Assembly: GCA_040954595.2 (NCBI GenBank)
Contig: CM082580.2
Coordinates: 6,517,519 to 6,581,518 of the forward strand
DNA from: Balanoglossus misakiensis
Lineage: Eukaryota; Animalia; Hemichordata
Reading direction: 5' to 3'
Length of the DNA: 64,000 nt
Shown: one piece after another, positions 28,415-40,369 of the stretch
Position numbering within the stretch: position 1 is the stretch's first letter
Layout of the letters: every line of letters begins with the position of its first letter
Program-made: the position numbers and the translations under genes
Notes under the pieces: generated by a model
The model's database searches: none
Told to the model about the DNA's origin: nothing
Seen by the model: the letters and a program-made list of their open reading frames with translations, nothing else

Positions 28415-29050
28415 ATGGAGAACGTGGAAGGTGGTAACAATGAAATTCTCCACCTGTTACATAAGCTTGAGTGGGGCCAACGTGGTCTTGAAAGCAAAGT
28501 TGATAAACTCAGAAATCAGTTGATGGAGTCGGTTGAATCCCAGATGAAAAGTTTAAAGGAAGAGTTTGTGTTGTAAATCGGCAGAATAGATGCTAAAATA
28601 TGTGCATTGGAGACCGCTGTTAGAAACCGTGAAGACGGAATATCTGCCATTGACGCCAACCCTCTGAGCAATGATGACGTGTGTTTAATAGCGATTAACG
28701 TCCCTGAAGCGGACAACGAGGATTTACAGGCTAAAGTAAATGGCATCGTCAGTAAGCATGGGGAACCAGCAAAACATGCACATGTTGTGAAAGCGAAACG
28801 TCTTCAGTCACGGCGACAAGGATCTCCTGGTCTGGTAAAATTTGCGATGGAGAACGTGGAACAGACGATGCAAAAAGGAACTGAAAAACTCAGATTCCTA
28901 CAGAAGAGTATTCTTGCGATCTAGTAAATCTCATGCAGAACGCATGTTGGAATTGAATACGCGTACTTTATTGAATGAACTACCGAATCAATGGTGCTGA
29001 ATTTCGTATAACTGGCAGTGGACGCATCGTAAGAAAAAATACCATGGAAC
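28415..29050 (+). mobile_element. Degenerate LINE ORF1 (coiled-coil + RRM-like, L1-transposase-type) relic
   Basis: Coiled-coil-like MESVESQMKSLKEEF...IDAKICALETAV, then LIAINVPEADNEDLQAKVNGIV...VVKAKRLQSRRQGSPGLVKFAM. Stops and frameshifts present. Confidence 0.65.
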
Positions 29051-29267
29051 CCTCACGTCAACGTCACACTATGGAACCAAACGACGCGCGCGAATAGGAT
29101 TTACTCCAAGCACAATGTTGGCTGGTACCCTGCCTCGGTGACAAACACCAAAGAGGCAGGTAAACACAAACCGCCATATTTAGAATTTTGGAATCTGATT
29201 GGCTAATAAATGAACGTTCTATAACTTCCGGGCTACATTCAATCTGTCGCGTTTCTTGACATTCTTG

Positions 29268-29892
29268 GGTTAATTTGGATTTGATAGGGTCATGAATATG
29301 CAAATTAGATCTAAAAATAGAAGTTTTGGTAAAAATCTTCTTCGCCACAACTACATGTACGATGGAGCTGAAATTTGGTAGGAATGTGTGTTATGGTGCC
29401 CCTACCTGATTTTGTAAATTTGGATTTGATGGGGTCATAAATATGCAAATTAGATCTAAAAATAGAATTTTTGGACAAAAATTTTCCTCTCCCTAACTAC
29501 ATGTACGATGGAGCTGTCATTTGGTAGGAATGTGTGTTATGGTGTCCCTACCTGATTTTGTTAATTTGGATATGATGTGGTCATGAATATGCAAATTAGA
29601 TCTAAAAATAGAATTTTTGGTCAAAAATCTTCTTCTCCCTAACTACATGTACGATGGAGCTGAAATTTGGTAGGAATGTGTGTTATGGTGCCCCTACCTG
29701 ATTTAGTTAATTTGGATATAATGGGGTCATAAATATGCAAATTAGATCTAAAAATAGAATTTTGGGGAAAAAATCTTCTTCCTAAATACATGTACGATGG
29801 AGCTGAAATTTGGTAGGAATGTGTGTTATGGTGCCCCTACCTGTTTTTGTTAATTGGAATTTTGATGGGGTCATGGATATGCAAATTAGAAC
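29268..29892. repeat. ~146-bp minisatellite, ~4.3 copies
   Basis: ATTAGA anchor at 29304, 29449, 29595, 29741 and 29885. Confidence 0.92.
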
Positions 29893-30369
29893 CTTGGTGC
29901 TTTCTTTTGATGTTGTTCTTTAGGAATAATTTTTTTCTTTCTTTAGCACAATGAATCAAGCTGAATGTGGATATTAAATACTTGTGATGTCTATGTTTGG
30001 TTTTGTTTAATAGAATACAATTTTTATGATTAAAACCTAGGGTATTCATATCATTGCCCAGCTACAGTGTTAGCGGTAGGATTTCAAAAGCATTAGCCAT
30101 TTTGGCTAATAACACCTAAATTCAATTAGCCAAATTAGAAATTGATTAGCCATTTTTTTCACAATTTTATCCTGTTTGACAAATAAATTTGTAGACACGA
30201 ATGTTTACTTCTACTTAAAATAAATACAACACAAATGAGATTTTCTGGATTGTTTTTGTTTATAACAACAATACTCGTATGGTACACAAATGTTTGTACC
30301 ATCACATTTTTACACAACACTTATTTTCACACAATGATATGTAATAAAAGGATGATACATCTACAGTGT

Positions 30370-33300
30370 TTTCTCTGGACTGCGCTTTTTGAGCAATTGT
30401 CTGCCGCCTAAAAATCACGCAACTGCCCACTTGCCATTGACTCGAAACATAAACTAAACACATCCAGCAATATACTGAGTTGATTGACACTTTTTACAAT
30501 GATATTATTTCTGTACTATTAACCGCAGCGGATAGGACTCTTCCTAAAATTACACACTCAAATAAGCATGCAATTCCTGGTTGGAATGCTCTAGTCAAAG
30601 ATTATTATGACAAAGCTCGCACTGATTTTTTAATCTGGAAGGATAATGGCTCCCCTAAATTTGGTCCCTTCTTTGAACTTATGCGCAGGTCCAGCAAATT
30701 GTAAGAAGGCAGAAAAAGAAATGCGCACTAATGCCATGGCTGTAAAATTAAAGAAAGACTCTAAGGCGTACTGGAAAGATGTCAGTAAACGGAAAGGTAG
30801 ATCAATATCTCCATCATCTATTGATGGTCATACAGGTGAAGTGGTTAATATGTGGAAAGACCATTACGAGAATATTTTGACAAAAACTGGAAAAGAGTCT
30901 GCACCTGATTTTATGAACATTGAGTACTGTGATGACATAATTGTACACCATGAAGAAATTTGTGAATTAATTAAGAACCTTAAGACAGGTGCATCGTCGG
31001 GTATCGACATGGTGTCACCTGAGCACCTGAAGTATGCGCCATACAGAGTCAGTGTTCTACTTTCCCTCTGTTTCACGGCTATGTTAATTCATGGCATTGT
31101 TCCCAAACAATTGATGACTACGGTTTTAGTTCCCATTCCAAAAAACCCAGGTGGTGACATTTGTGACAAATCTAACTACCGTCCTGTTGCTGTTGCAACA
31201 ACGATATCTAAACTGTTAGAGAGAGTTTGGTTAAATCGCTGCATGGATTGTCTAACGACTAGCGAGCACCAGTTTGGATTTAAACCAGGCCATGGTACCG
31301 ATATGTCAATTTTTGTTCTTAAAGAAATTTTGAATTATTACAAGCGTTGTAACACTCCTGTTTTTGTCACTTTTATGGATGCATCCAAAGCTTTTGATTA
31401 TGTTCGTCAGAGGCCTTCCGCTTAATTGGTTTACAAGTTATCTTCATAATCGCCATCAGGTGGTTGCTATTGACAAGAGTATTTCAGATCCAAAGATTGT
31501 AAAATGTGGAATACCACAAGGTTCTATTCTTGGTCCACTTCTGTTCCTCATTTACATTAATGATATTGTTCTATCAACCAGCGCATTTGATTTTAAACTT
31601 TTCGCAGATGATACAAGTCTGTTTAAATGTACAAGCTGCAATGTCAACTTTAATCAAATGAACAGTGATTTCAAGTTGGTCAAAGATTGGTGTGATGCCA
31701 ATAAATTGACCATTAACGCTAGTAAAACTAACTATATGTTAATTAATTCCATTCATAAACCAACTCATGCTCAGGGTCAACTAGAAATTGACAGCTCTCT
31801 TGTTGAGAATGTCTCTTCCACTACTTACCTTGGTGTCATCATTGACTGCGCTCTGAGGTGGAAATCGCACATTGAGAAAGTCAGGAGAGCTATCAGCCCA
31901 ATTGTTGGAGTTATTTCAAAAATACGTCACTTTGTACCCAAGTCCACCTTGCTTTTACTTTACAACTCCTTAATTTTACCACACTTAATGTATTGTATTG
32001 AAATATGGGGACATGCATATCATTCAGCCCTACAACCACTTTTTCGTCTTCAGAAAAAAATTGGTTCGTCTGATTACCTTTTCATGCTACTATGCTCATT
32101 CAGCCCCCTGTTTTGGCAACTCAGCATATTGAATGTGTTTAATCTTTGTAAACTTCAGACTTGTATGTTCATTTATGACCTAGACCACCATCACTATGCT
32201 CACCACCTCGATCAGTATTTCCAAGGTGTCTCTCCACATACATATCCAACATCATTTAATACGAACAGGAACTTAAAAATCCCAAAGGTCAACTTGACTA
32301 CTTCTCAGCAGAATTTTAAGTATGCATCTGTAAAATGCTGGAACTCCATTCCACTCACTTTAAAAAATACACACTGCAGAAACAGATTTAAAAAAGAGCT
32401 CAAAAAACATCTGCTACAACTTCAGTGACAACTTTTTTTGCTTTCAAAAAAGTCAACCCATTATAATGTACTCCTTCGCAACAAATTAGTTGCCTTCAAC
32501 TCACCTGTATTTATTTATTTATTTATTTATTTATTTTATTTATTTATTTATTGAACAGATCATTTATTTACATGTGCTGTACAACTGTTTGACATCTTTA
32601 TAATTAATTAACTCAGAAATATGGGCCATGGACTAGACTAGTTTCTGCGAAACTATTTCCATGGTCCACACTGGAAATATGTAACATCTTCCTTTTACAT
32701 TCAGTGTATTATATATATATTGACATATCTCTGGTGAAATAAATTCATTCATTCATTCATTCATTCATTCATTCATTCATTCATTCATTCATTCATTCAT
32801 TCATTCATTCATTCATTCATTCATTCATTCATTCACGATATTCTCTTTGTAAAACTTTTGGCGAGGGGTGTCAATCCTTATCTCATTAAGATTTTGTCAT
32901 ACATGTATAGGCACCAAGATTTTGTGGTGAGATGGAATGGGTTGTTATCTAAACCTTTTCACTCAAAGAATGGGGTTAAACAGGGGGGAATTACGTCACC
33001 TATATTTTTCACAGTCTACTTGGATGATATCAGCAAAAATCTTTCCGCTCTTCCGTATGGCTGCCTTGTAGGGGACTATAAGGTTAATCATTTAATCTAC
33101 GCCGATGATTTGGTTATTATATCTACTGGAGCCTATGGCCAACAGATGCTTGTTGATACTTGTGGTCATTATGGCAGCATTAACTCAATTTTCTTCAATG
33201 AGAAAAAAACAGTCTGTATGTTAATTCAGCCAACTATGCGCAGGCTCAGACACGTTCCAATTTATCTGAACGGCCGAATGCTGAATTATGTCAATGTTTA

Positions 33301-33838
33301 TAAATATCTTGGTCACCATATCACTTGTGACCTTAGGGATAATGAGGACATTCTAGCTCAAACGCGACAATTTTATGTTCGCGGTAATGCTATTATTCGT
33401 GATTTTAAATTTGCGTCTATCTCTGTTAAATGTCATTTGTTTTCTGTATTTTGTGATATCCCGTATTGCTCTTACTTATGGAGTGCTTTTTCTGTGTGTA
33501 TTTTTAATGCAGTTAGGAGAGCTTACTCACAGGTTTTCCGTAAATTGTCTGGTTTTAAACATTCTTTTATTCAGAGCAACAGTGCGATGTTTGTTAATCT
33601 TTCCATTTTAACTTTTGATGAAATACTCCGGAAAAAATCATTCAGCTTTTTAAGCAGACTCCACCTCTCAAGTAATCCACTTGTAGCCAGTGTTTTATCA
33701 CTATCAGTGTTTTCAAATAGTGGACTTTGGAAGGTTTGGAGTAGACGATTGTTTTGATGTTTTTTATGGTGTTTTGTTTTGCTATGGATTATTTTATAAT
33801 CTGAAATAAAGATGAAATAATAATAATAATAATAATAG
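30370..33838 (+). mobile_element. 5'-truncated non-LTR retrotransposon (RTEX/Proto2-like ORF2), split by a nested LINE
   Basis: 5' part 30370-31409: IPGWNALVKDYYDKARTDFLIWKDNG, LVPIPKN, NYRPVA, QFGFKPG, FMDASKAFDYV. 3' part 32836-33757: HDILFVKLLARGV, NGVKQGGITSP, YADD, YKYLGH. AATAAA and (TAA)n tail at ~33805-33838. Confidence 0.9.
31410..32835 (+). mobile_element. 5'-truncated CR1/L2-group (Crack/Daphne-like) LINE nested in the previous LINE
   Basis: WFTSYLHNRHQ, GIPQGSILGPLLFLIYINDI, FADD, YLGV, YCIEIWG. Stop at 32428, 3'UTR, AATAAA and (TTCA)n tail 32744-32835. Confidence 0.92.
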
Positions 33839-33839
33839 C

Positions 33840-34350
33840 GAATTTGGCGAGCGCTAGCGCGAACACTGCATAGGTTTCACTGTTAAAGTCAGCAGAGCTC
33901 TTTTGACCGATAGGTCACTTGTTTGGTTATCTTTTGAACGTACTGTATTTATTAGATGATGTTGAAAGCGTTATCATTTGCGGTGCATTCCATCACTCAA
34001 TAATGAGTGTTGATGATAATATTCCAATTAGGCAGGTGCTTGATACGTATGTAAATCAGCACGTCGGTCACTCTTTCATAGAATTTCTGAACGACGCAGG
34101 AATGCACGTATTGAACGATCGATATTCAAATTTAATGACTTCGCATCTGTCAAGGCAGTAGTGGATTTTATCGCTGTTCCTCACGACTCTGCTGCACTTT
34201 GTACAGATTTTGAAGTCCAGAAAAGGTCTGACTTTGTGGAAAACCATGGTTTATTTCACTTTCTTAATGAGCGTAGTAAAATTCCTGACCACTCCATTCT
34301 CAGCTTTAGGTTCTTGGTTAGACCTGGTACTAATGATTGTACACCCGGGC
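33840..34350 (+). mobile_element. Degenerate LINE APE-endonuclease relic
   Basis: VIICG.F, IPIRQVLDTYVNQH, FIEFLNDAGMHVLN.R, VDFIAVPHD, PDHSIL: APE-type endonuclease motifs (GDFN, DY, SDH equivalents) with frameshifts. Confidence 0.7.
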
Positions 34351-35129
34351 TATCATCTCTCTTAAAATCTCTAAAAATTCATTTCTTGTCTGGTACCATC
34401 ACAGTGATTGTTTGTGATTACAGACAATACAAAAGTCCAGCTTTGGAACAATACCAGCCTAATCAGTCCAATAGGTTATTATTCAAACCAGTTTATTGAT
34501 ATATCATATTAACAGTGAGATCGCCCGCCTCAAAGTGCGATATTCACATGATCGACCAGAAGTACACCTAGAGAGGACTCAAAACTGAAGGTAGGGGATA
34601 ATACAGATTTTAAGAGAGATGATTGTGTAGAATTGACATTTTCTTAACGTTTTCATAAAAGGGGCTGAAAAAGATTCGTTATACTTAAGGTGGCATTGCA
34701 TGAAAAGTTGTGATTTTTGCCAAATTTTACTTTTTTACATAAATCGGTAGGCCTAATACTGAACAACATCCTGACTAATACGTCTTGGCGGAAATGGTGC
34801 ATAATCACCCCAAAATAGCACTTTTCTGAATGAGTTCACAGCTTAACAAATAGGTGTCAACAATGCAAATGGCCGTTTTTCTCAGTTTGCATTTTCGCTG
34901 TTCTTGACAACTTCAGACGAAAATAGCTTCGCTCTGCGTTGGCCGAATTTGCTCAAATTTTAACTTGGGATTGTGTATGACCCAGCCAACAAAACGGTAT
35001 TTTTGTTACTCGATAAAGTGTCCCTGGCGGGGATAAACTCTGATTCAATACAACTCACCGTGAATTTGATCAAAATTTACTAAAAATCTAACTTTCAAAC
35101 GCTGTTGCTCCTCAAATGGAAGCAGATAA

Positions 35130-35648
35130 GGGCGACGTTTTTATTTTCTGTGTTTCTCATCTCCCGACCGACCGTAAATTTCAGCTCCGACATGAAAATA
35201 AAAAAAACTGTTTTATTTGCGCCGACTCTGAGCCTGAGGCGATCATCCTAGAAACAGCGCCCCCAACGGCTAATTGTGAGATTTTGCAAATATGACGTCA
35301 TATTCATCATGGCAGTCGTGTCGGACCATGGCTGAAGCCATCGAGGCCGGAGGAAAGGGAAGAAATTGTAGAGAATGAAAGGACAGAGCATTAAAGAGAA
35401 AGACAAGAAATTATAGTGACTAAAAGGACAGAGAGCACAAAACACTGGACTGAAAGATAAGAAATTGCAATGACTGAACAGCCAGAACATTGAACAGAAA
35501 CAAATAGGCCTACACATTTGTTTGTAATGGATAAAACATGGAACTGAAACAGGTTTTTTTTTTTGGTACACGTTTTTTTTTATTTCGCCCGCCCGCCCTG
35601 CCTGACTATTCCTTTGGAGATGAGACACAAATAAAAAAAGGGTCACCC
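35130..35648 (+). mobile_element. PIF/Harbinger-type MITE (519 bp), complete copy
   Basis: Imperfect TIRs GGGCGACGTTTTTATTTTCTGTGTTTCTCATCTCC / GGAGATGAGACACAAATAAAAAAAGGGTCACCC. Flanked by TAA (35127-9) and TTA (35649-51), which do not match as a TSD. Confidence 0.75.
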
Positions 35649-35738
35649 TTACCACCACTGAGGCTACTAAGGGCGTTTATAATTTTGAGTATTTCATAGA
35701 ACTCGTGTCAAAATATAACTTATTCTGAACAATGCGCA

Positions 35739-36200
35739 GCGGGCGAAATAAAATAAAAAACGTGTACCAAAAAAAAACCTGTTTCAGTTCCATGTTTTAT
35801 CCATTACAAACAAATGTGTAGGCCTATTTGTTTCTGTTCAATGTTCTGGCTGTTCAGTCATTGCAATTTCTTATCTTTCAGTCCAGTGTTTTGTGCTCTC
35901 TGTCCTTTTAGTTACTATAATTTCTTGTCTTTCTCTTTAATGCTCTGTCCTTTCATTCTCTACAATTTCTTCCCTTTCCTCCGGCCTCGATGGCTTCAGC
36001 CATGGTCTGACACGACCGCCATGATGAATATGACGTCATATTTGCAAAATCTCACAATTAGCCGTTGGGGGCGCTGTTTCTAGGATGATCGCCTCAGGCT
36101 CAGAGTCGGCGCAAATAAAACAGTTTTTTTATTTTCATGTCGGAGCTGAAATTTACGGTCGGTCGGGAGATGAGAAACACAGAAAATAAAAACGTCGCCC
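35739..36200 (-). mobile_element. Inverted, truncated second copy of the same MITE
   Basis: Near-identical reverse complement of 35130-35592, ending ...ACGTCGCCC followed by TAA (36201-3). Confidence 0.9.
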
Positions 36201-36950
36201 TAAGGATTCTGCACACTCTTGATCCAATCTCTTGGCTCTACTATACTGCTGTTTTGCTTCTATTTTCGTTCTACTACCGTAAATACGCCACCGATTCTGT
36301 ATGTTTATATATTTGCCTTTAATATTTTATCCATTGATTTATAATCTCGGTCTCTTTCGAACAAATTAATCAGTAACGACATTTGTTAATATTCATAGAA
36401 ACTGAGTCCTGGTTATTTGTTAATATTCATAGAAACTAGACTAAGTTCACGTACCTGTACCTTGTAACATACATTTAATGCATCCTATCAGATTGAACCT
36501 TCTGTGTCTGTTCTATACACAATACATTGTACACAATCTTGCAAAAAGCGCCAATATGTTTGCACTTTGACTGAGAATATATAATGTTCTTAAACGCTAT
36601 GTCACCGTGCATGATTGTTTTTGATCACCTTGTTACGAGGACGTCGACATAGGAGGTCACATTCGTAGGTTGGAGAACAACATTTAGTACAGGAGCTAAA
36701 CCCCAAATTTTGGCATAAATGTGCACTTTGGATTAAAAGCATGAAACTTGGTACACTTATGCATTTACCCATGGCGGCCATTTTCTGATATGGATCCAAA
36801 ATAACAGCGCCATCTAGTGGCCAGAAACTGACATTCACACTTTCCCCCCATTAATGGCACTTTTTGGTCAAGTTTAACACTCAGACACAGGAATGTGGGT
36901 TGTAAAACAGGCTTAAATTCCCCAGGACATATCATTTACTATCCAACAAC

Positions 36951-37343
36951 TAGTCTCGGTTACCCAGACCCCCCTGCTTCTTCCGTTGGACACTCCAGAA
37001 AGAGGGTCTGGGGAAACCCCATAGACAAATCTCCGGACAAAGATGGCCGACTTGAGACAAAAGCGATGCATGATGGTTGCAGCCTTTAACATAAACAAAA
37101 CATGCTGAGAAGTGCTGGACCTGCTGAAACTGTCTATAAATTGAAAAGAGAGAGGGAAGTTTGGTAAATAGTTTTCTAATATCGTCATGTCATAATATCA
37201 AATGTCATAAATGTTGATCATCATGCATTGCTTTTGTCCCGAGTCGGCCATCTTTGCCCGGAGATTTGTCAATGGGGTTTCCCCAGACCCTCTTTCTGGA
37301 GTGCCCAACGGAAGAAGCAGGGGGGTCTGGGTAACCGAGACTA
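36951..37343. mobile_element. MITE with ~125-bp TIRs and 9-bp TSD (AcademH-like or MULE-like)
   Basis: TAGTCTCGGTTACCCAGACCCCCC... / ...GGGGGGTCTGGGTAACCGAGACTA, TSD TCCAACAAC at 36942-36950 and 37344-37352. Confidence 0.9.
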
Positions 37344-38254
37344 TCCAACAACCAGACAACACTAGGTAAGCAGTAAGCACACATTTTTCCTCAACAATAC
37401 AAAACGTAAAAAATAATAAAAAGAATTTACAACAATTAAAAACTATACTTAGAAGCGGCACTGAGAAAGAATTGTCAATCTTCGACCCACAAATTACATT
37501 GTCTATCCGTACATGATGGTTACGTATTCGTTGTTAGCAGATAAGCTGGTCAATCTTGGCAATGTGTCTTGTATCAGGTCAGGAGAGTACTAATTACAAT
37601 ATTGGTGGTTAGATATTTGGACTTGCTTATTGCACGATCAGAGTATTCGATAGATATTGTGATGTTATTTGCAGCCGAGATCACTAAGTATCTTACAAAC
37701 AGAACCTACACGTTATTTGTTCCCTCCGGGTGTCTTTTCGTATTCTGAAAATGAAAAAGTAATAAGAGTAATTAAATAATAATTATAATAATGGAGACAC
37801 GCTGGCTGACTAATTTTAATCCATATACTGTCACGTGGTGGAGTTCTTTATTTTCTGTACTAGATCACGAGGTAGGAGAATAATTTCATGTGTTTAAACC
37901 ACCCTACATTCGACAGCCACTACAGCACCAATATGCTCTCATTTGTTAACATAAATTTTAAATAATTACATATTGTTGAATCTGACTCCAGTTAAATACT
38001 TCAATGGTGTCAGCTTCCTTTGTGGTTACAACATGTGACCTTCTATAAGGACAACAGTCCAGTTGAGAATAGGTAAATTCCTCCATCGTCCCTTCTCCTG
38101 CTGTACATTGTTTTGGTATACTCTCGCATGCGTTGTCTTGGACAAGGGAACTAGACAAAGAAGAGAAAGTTAGTGAGATGACGGTATCAAGACTGGAATG
38201 GATATTTCTTATTTTCTGTATATAAAAGTTGAAGAAATGATGTTACCACGTCTA

Positions 38255-38895
38255 GATCCGTCCGCGATCTTGGTGTTTATTTAAACCGCTATGCAGATAT
38301 GAGTACTCACATTGTCAAATTATGTCAGTCTGCGTCATTTGCTCTCCATAGAATTGGACGTATTAGAAATGTTTTAGATCGCTCAAACACTGAAAGACTT
38401 GTGCACGCTTTCGTAACATCACGCATAGATTACTGCAACAGTTTGCTGTTTGGTATTGAAGATAAACACCTTTATAAACTCATGGACGTACTCCAGTTAC
38501 TTCAAAATTCTGTTGCACGTCTCGTCACACGCACAAAAAGGCATGAGCATATCACACCGGTGAAACGGGAGCTACACTGCCTGCCTATCCATGCTAGAAT
38601 CAATTTCAAAATTCTCCTTTTTGTCTATACAATTTTGCACAACCAAGCTCCTGCCTATCTGTCTGATCTGATCACAGTTCTTGTACCTAAACGGTTGACA
38701 CGCTCAGCGTTCACACCGACTTTGGAGACAGTGAACTGGGAGCAGAAACACTTTGGTAACCGTTCATTTTCTAATGCAGCGCCAACTCTTTGGAATGTCT
38801 TACCAAAAGAAATTATTTATTGTAAAGCGGTTTGATGTTTTTATTGATGGAAATCGCTGTATAAAAATAAATTATTATTATTATTATTATATTAT
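38255..38895 (+). mobile_element. 3' fragment of an L2-like LINE with (ATT)n tail
   Basis: VRDLGVYL, ERLVHAFVTSRIDYCNSLL, QNSVARLVT, HITPV.RELH.LPI..RINFKILL, APAYLSDL, FSNAAPTLWN. AATAAA then (ATT)n. Confidence 0.92.
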
Positions 38896-40369
38896 AAAAT
38901 GTTCAGTGCTGTTGTGGCACAGGGAATGGGCATGCGATATTTTATTAGCTTTGGGGAGAATTTAAGGCCTGAAATTCACAATATTTCAGGCGTTGAAATT
39001 GTTAGAAAATGGGCCGAATTCGATCGTACAAGTGAAAAAGCAATATTTGTGTTTATACGCTGGTAAAATTCAGTCCCTGTATATAGCAGGTTCTTCTTCT
39101 AAAAACTGTATACGCAACAGTGCACGTGCGTCCATAGCACTATACATAGCTATTTCTCACAGCACGTATACAGTCACAGACATGTGCAACAAATTCCGAT
39201 GTAGGGTACGGTGACGTCTTTTACTTCGCGGTACGGTATTCGAATGCTGTCGCCTTACACTACATCTGACCAACTCCCATAAAAGTCCCGTTCTATAATC
39301 TCTGGCTTACTGGGCCAGTAAACCAATCAGAAGGCGCCTTATAGAGAACGATAGGTATCCGTGACTAGATCGACGTAACGCGCAATGTGATTGGTCTGGC
39401 CACAACGGGACCCCGAGCTTTTAATTTAGTGGCTCGCTATCTGAATTTGTTTAGTACACATACACACACACCTGACCCACGTTTGGCGCTTTTATATATC
39501 ACAAAATGCACACTCGAAATGTTATGCCGCTCACCTATTTCGGGGCTCAGTGTAACGACTTCGTTTATCGATTCAGATTCCTCATTTGCATATATTAATG
39601 AAAGCGTTGCGTCCTGACTGTTTTTAACAGAGAATACTGGATTAAAGATGAAGGCATATGTCATTGCAGTCATATTATGCCATGCCATGCCATGTCATGT
39701 CAACTTGTGTCGTGGCAGCATAAAAATGACCATTATCAGCATTCCTGGGAAATTTTAACATATGTTGTGCGGCCAATTCTTTACTATCAATCACGTGATC
39801 TGGCATATGATAACTGTGATAGATATGAGCAATATTATTACGAATATTCTCATTGTACATCAGTAAAACGCATATGGATTATTTTTTCCGTTCCACAAAT
39901 GTTTGACCTTCATCAATGCTTTGCCAGGATATTTAAAACCGGAGCACGTTATTCGCTCGATCTGTTCAACTAATTTCCAGAGATGTGAACATTTTAGTAC
40001 TGGTGGAGGCAAATAAGGAAGCAACAAATTGTTGACTAACGCGCGGTGAGTTCAATATGTGTGTGTGTGTCTCAACTTGACCCTCTTCGCATTCTCAGGT
40101 CTTTTATGAATGCTTCAAAATTGATATTGTAATTGTCAATTGCACTGTACTGCAATGTACACAGACGCAAGTTTATATTTTTTAAATGAATATTCAATCG
40201 ATTACGGGTAGTACAGCCAATCGGTGTTTTAAACCGGGACAAATTGGCATGTTATTATACAGTATGTTGTGTTTAGCAAATAAGATTCACCTTAACTAAG
40301 GAACTATTACAGACACCATAGCCATATAGTACCCATTCCTTACCAAACGTTTAAAGTGTTCAATATGTA

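Larger units (their letters stand above)
28227..34684. mobile_element. TTAA-flanked TIR element (6.46 kb including nested insertions)
   Basis: Perfect 29-bp TIRs GTATAACGAATCTTTTTCAGCCCCTTTTA at 28227-28255 and 34656-34684, TTAA at 28223-28226 and 34685-34688. Confidence 0.8.

Noticed and set aside
31364-32428. 354-aa ORF as an intact RT gene
   Set aside because: Chimeric reading across the junction of two truncated LINEs, with a frameshifted segment near 32060.
35248-36083. Hydrophobic 136-aa and 89-aa ORFs sharing sequence
   Set aside because: They come from the inverted MITE duplication and its low-complexity interior.
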